Shown here one piece after another: positions 61,808 to 64,000 of a DNA stretch of 64,000 nucleotides. Every line of letters begins with the position of its first letter. Positions within the stretch are counted from its first letter, which is position 1. Source of the DNA: Narcine bancroftii (lineage: Eukaryota); NCBI RefSeq assembly GCF_036971445.1, contig NC_091481.1, forward strand, positions 1,612,001 through 1,676,000, in the 5' to 3' direction. Below the pieces are notes generated by a model, which searched no databases, had not been told where the DNA came from, and saw only the letters and a list, made by a program, of their open reading frames with translations. Made by a program: the position numbers and the translations under genes.

Positions 61808-62912
61808 GATCAGGTGTATCAAGGATTGTTATGAACAAGGGCCGTTTATGTCATTTAAAGAGCTGAGGAATAAGTATGATCTTCACATAAGATCTTAAAG
61901 GATAGTTTGGGACCATCTATGGCCCTGCCCATGCGTAGTGACATGGAGATTCTAATTCAAAAGGGGAATACACGCAGGTTTATCTCTACGACGTGAGGGC
62001 CTGAAGCCAGGCTTACACAAGTCTAGGGAAAGGTGGGAGACGAACTTGGGTACAACAATCCATGAGTGCTGTTGGTCAGACCTGTGTCTGTACACCATGA
62101 CAGCAGTCATTAATGCCAGGTACAGGTTGATGCAATACAATCTCCTGCACCAACTGTACCTCACACCACAAAAATTACACAAATCCAAGCCAGAAATTTT
62201 GGAAATGTGCTCTGGGTGGGGTGTGGAGATTGGATCCTTTATCCATTCACCCTGGCTGTATACAAAGGTGAGATCCTTCTGGGAGGACCTGGGGAACATT
62301 CTGGAAAAAAGAATTACAAAGGTGGATTTTCCACAGGATCTGGAATTGTACCTTCTGGGAAACATTATGGAGATGAGTTTTAAACTGTCCAGATATCAAG
62401 TTCAGTTCGTGAAGGCCGCCTTGTCAGTAACCAGGAAGTGTGTATTGGTCTTGTGGAAATCTGTCTCCCAACTAAACTACACAATGGAATACGGAAATAC
62501 AGAGTTGCATTCCCCTGGAGAAAATCACGTACAATTTAAGGAGGAAATATGGTACATTCATTAAGGTGTGGTCACCCTAACTGCAACACATTGGTACGCA
62601 GATATAATTCTACCCCTTCTGAATAAAGGAAATGTAACAGTCTGGGCCAGTGGTGAAATGATCGAGATCAGAAAAGTGGGTCATGGTACAAGCGACAGAC
62701 TCTTGTATTTTGTTCCCTATCTTTTTTATTTTAGGTTTCTTTGAGTTTTTGTTAAGTTCCCTTAAGGCTTTGTGACTTTGCTCATATTTGGTTCTTTATA
62801 TTTGTTTAATTTATATATAATTCTTTTGTCATATTAGGGCATAGGAGGGGGGAAGAGAGGGGTGGAGGAAAAATAGACCCTGTATGTTATCAAAAATAAA
62901 ATATTCAAAAAA
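61808..62912 (+). mobile_element. 5'-truncated L1-clade insertion with poly(A) end and 12-bp TSD
   Basis: RYRLMQYNLLHQLYLTPQKL...FWEDL; AATAAA ~62896 and A-run; AGGGGAGATTTG at 61796-61807 and 62913-62924. Confidence 0.85.
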
Positions 62913-63146
62913 AGGGGAGATTTGATAGAGGTGTTTAAAATTGTGAGGGGGACAGACAGAGTAAATGTAATTGGACTTTTTCCACTGAGGGTGGATGAGA
63001 TAAAAACCAGAGGACACGGGTTAAGGGTGAAAGGGGAAAAGTTTAGGGGAAACTTCTTCACACAGAGAGCAGTATAACCAGCTACCAGGTGATGTGGTGA
63101 ATGTGGGCTCAATGTTAACATTTAAGAAGAATTTGGATAGAAACAT

Positions 63147-63506
63147 GGAAGGATGGGTTACAGTGGGCTACGGACTGGAAGGATGGGTTACAGTGGGCTA
63201 CGGACTGGAAGGATGGGTTACAGTGGGCTACGGACTGGAAGGATGGGTTACAGTGGGCTACGGACTGGAAGGATGGGTTACAGTGGGCTACGGACTGGAA
63301 GGATGGGTTACAGTGGGCTACGGACTCGAAGGATGGGTTAGAGTGGGCTACGGACTGGAAGGATGGGTTACAGTGGGCTACGGACTGGAAGGATGGGTTA
63401 CAGTGGGCTACAGACTGGAAGGATGGGTTACAGTGGGCTACGGACTGGAAGGATGGGTTAGAGTGGGCTACGGACTGGAAGGATGGGTTACAGTGGGCTA
63501 CGGACT
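63147..63506 (+). repeat. 30-bp minisatellite (GGAAGGATGGGTTACAGTGGGCTACGGACT) x12
   Basis: Seen directly; 4 substitutions across the array. Confidence 0.97.
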
Positions 63507-64000
63507 GGGTGCAGGTCAGAGGGAGAAGGCAAAAGAAATGGTTCGGCACAGACTAGAAAGGCCGAAGGGGCCTGTTTCTGTGCTGTAATGTTCTATTGTT
63601 CTAATCACATGGAGGCGAGGGAGTCAGGTGTCACTGAGAGGCTCCCCCATCTTGGAAACATGAGCTCGGTTGTTCTCCCTCGATGGAGACTCCCTGTCCT
63701 GCTGAGTTTTTTTTTCAGTGCTGGGGATATTGGACTTTTTAATTTGAACATACAGCACAGTAATAGGGCCATTTCAACCCTCGAGTCCAGCCGCCCATTT
63801 ACACCCAATTAGCATACACTGACCCCCCCCCCCACCCCACCCCACCTCGGTACGTTTTGAAGGGTGGGAGAAATCCGGAGCACACGAAGGAAAAGCTACA
63901 CAGACACGTGGAGAATGTAAACTCCTTGCAGGCAGCACGGGATTCAAATCTCGGTCACTAGAGTTGTAATAGCAGTGTGCCAACCTCTTGGAGATTTGGA

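Larger units (their letters stand above)
61550..63600 (+). mobile_element. CR1-clade LINE 3' end split by an L1 insertion
   Basis: LYKTLLRLNLEYCVQFWSPNYRKDI...MRGDL stops at 61807 and resumes at 62925 (IEVFKIVRG). Confidence 0.85.

Noticed and set aside
63094-63588. (EGWVTVGYGL)n ORF or CRISPR-like array
   Set aside because: Head-to-tail repeat with no unique spacers, inside a CR1 3' end, in a eukaryote with no cas genes.

Overview
Vertebrate genomic DNA, most likely a cartilaginous fish (inferred from HE1/V-SINE-like and HER1/CR1-like repeats; probably a batoid). Exons of four genes were rebuilt by hand from GT-AG boundaries and recalled similarity to the human proteins: the last six coding exons of DMTF1 (+, 1727-13350), complete TMEM243 (-, 118 aa, four coding exons plus a likely non-coding first exon at ~31.15 kb), complete MEIG1 (-, 96 aa, two coding exons plus a likely 5' non-coding exon at ~39.2 kb) and exons 1-6 of DCLRE1C/Artemis (+, from 47736). 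The rest is mostly degenerate retroelements: CR1/HER1, Rex1/Babar, L1-clade (one ~5.7 kb copy between MEIG1 and DCLRE1C), Penelope-like and V-SINEs. There are also a few MITEs, minisatellites, G-rich tracts and a 277-N assembly gap. Most notable: about a dozen minimal hammerhead-ribozyme-like motifs carried by Penelope-derived repeats, often in inverted pairs; a ~600 bp composite element (unassigned sequence + Penelope tail + hammerhead motif) present twice in opposite orientation; repeated minisatellite birth inside LINE 3' ends; and DMTF1-TMEM243 lying next to MEIG1-DCLRE1C, which are on different chromosomes in human. No database search was possible; repeat family calls rest on recognised motifs and their boundaries are approximate.
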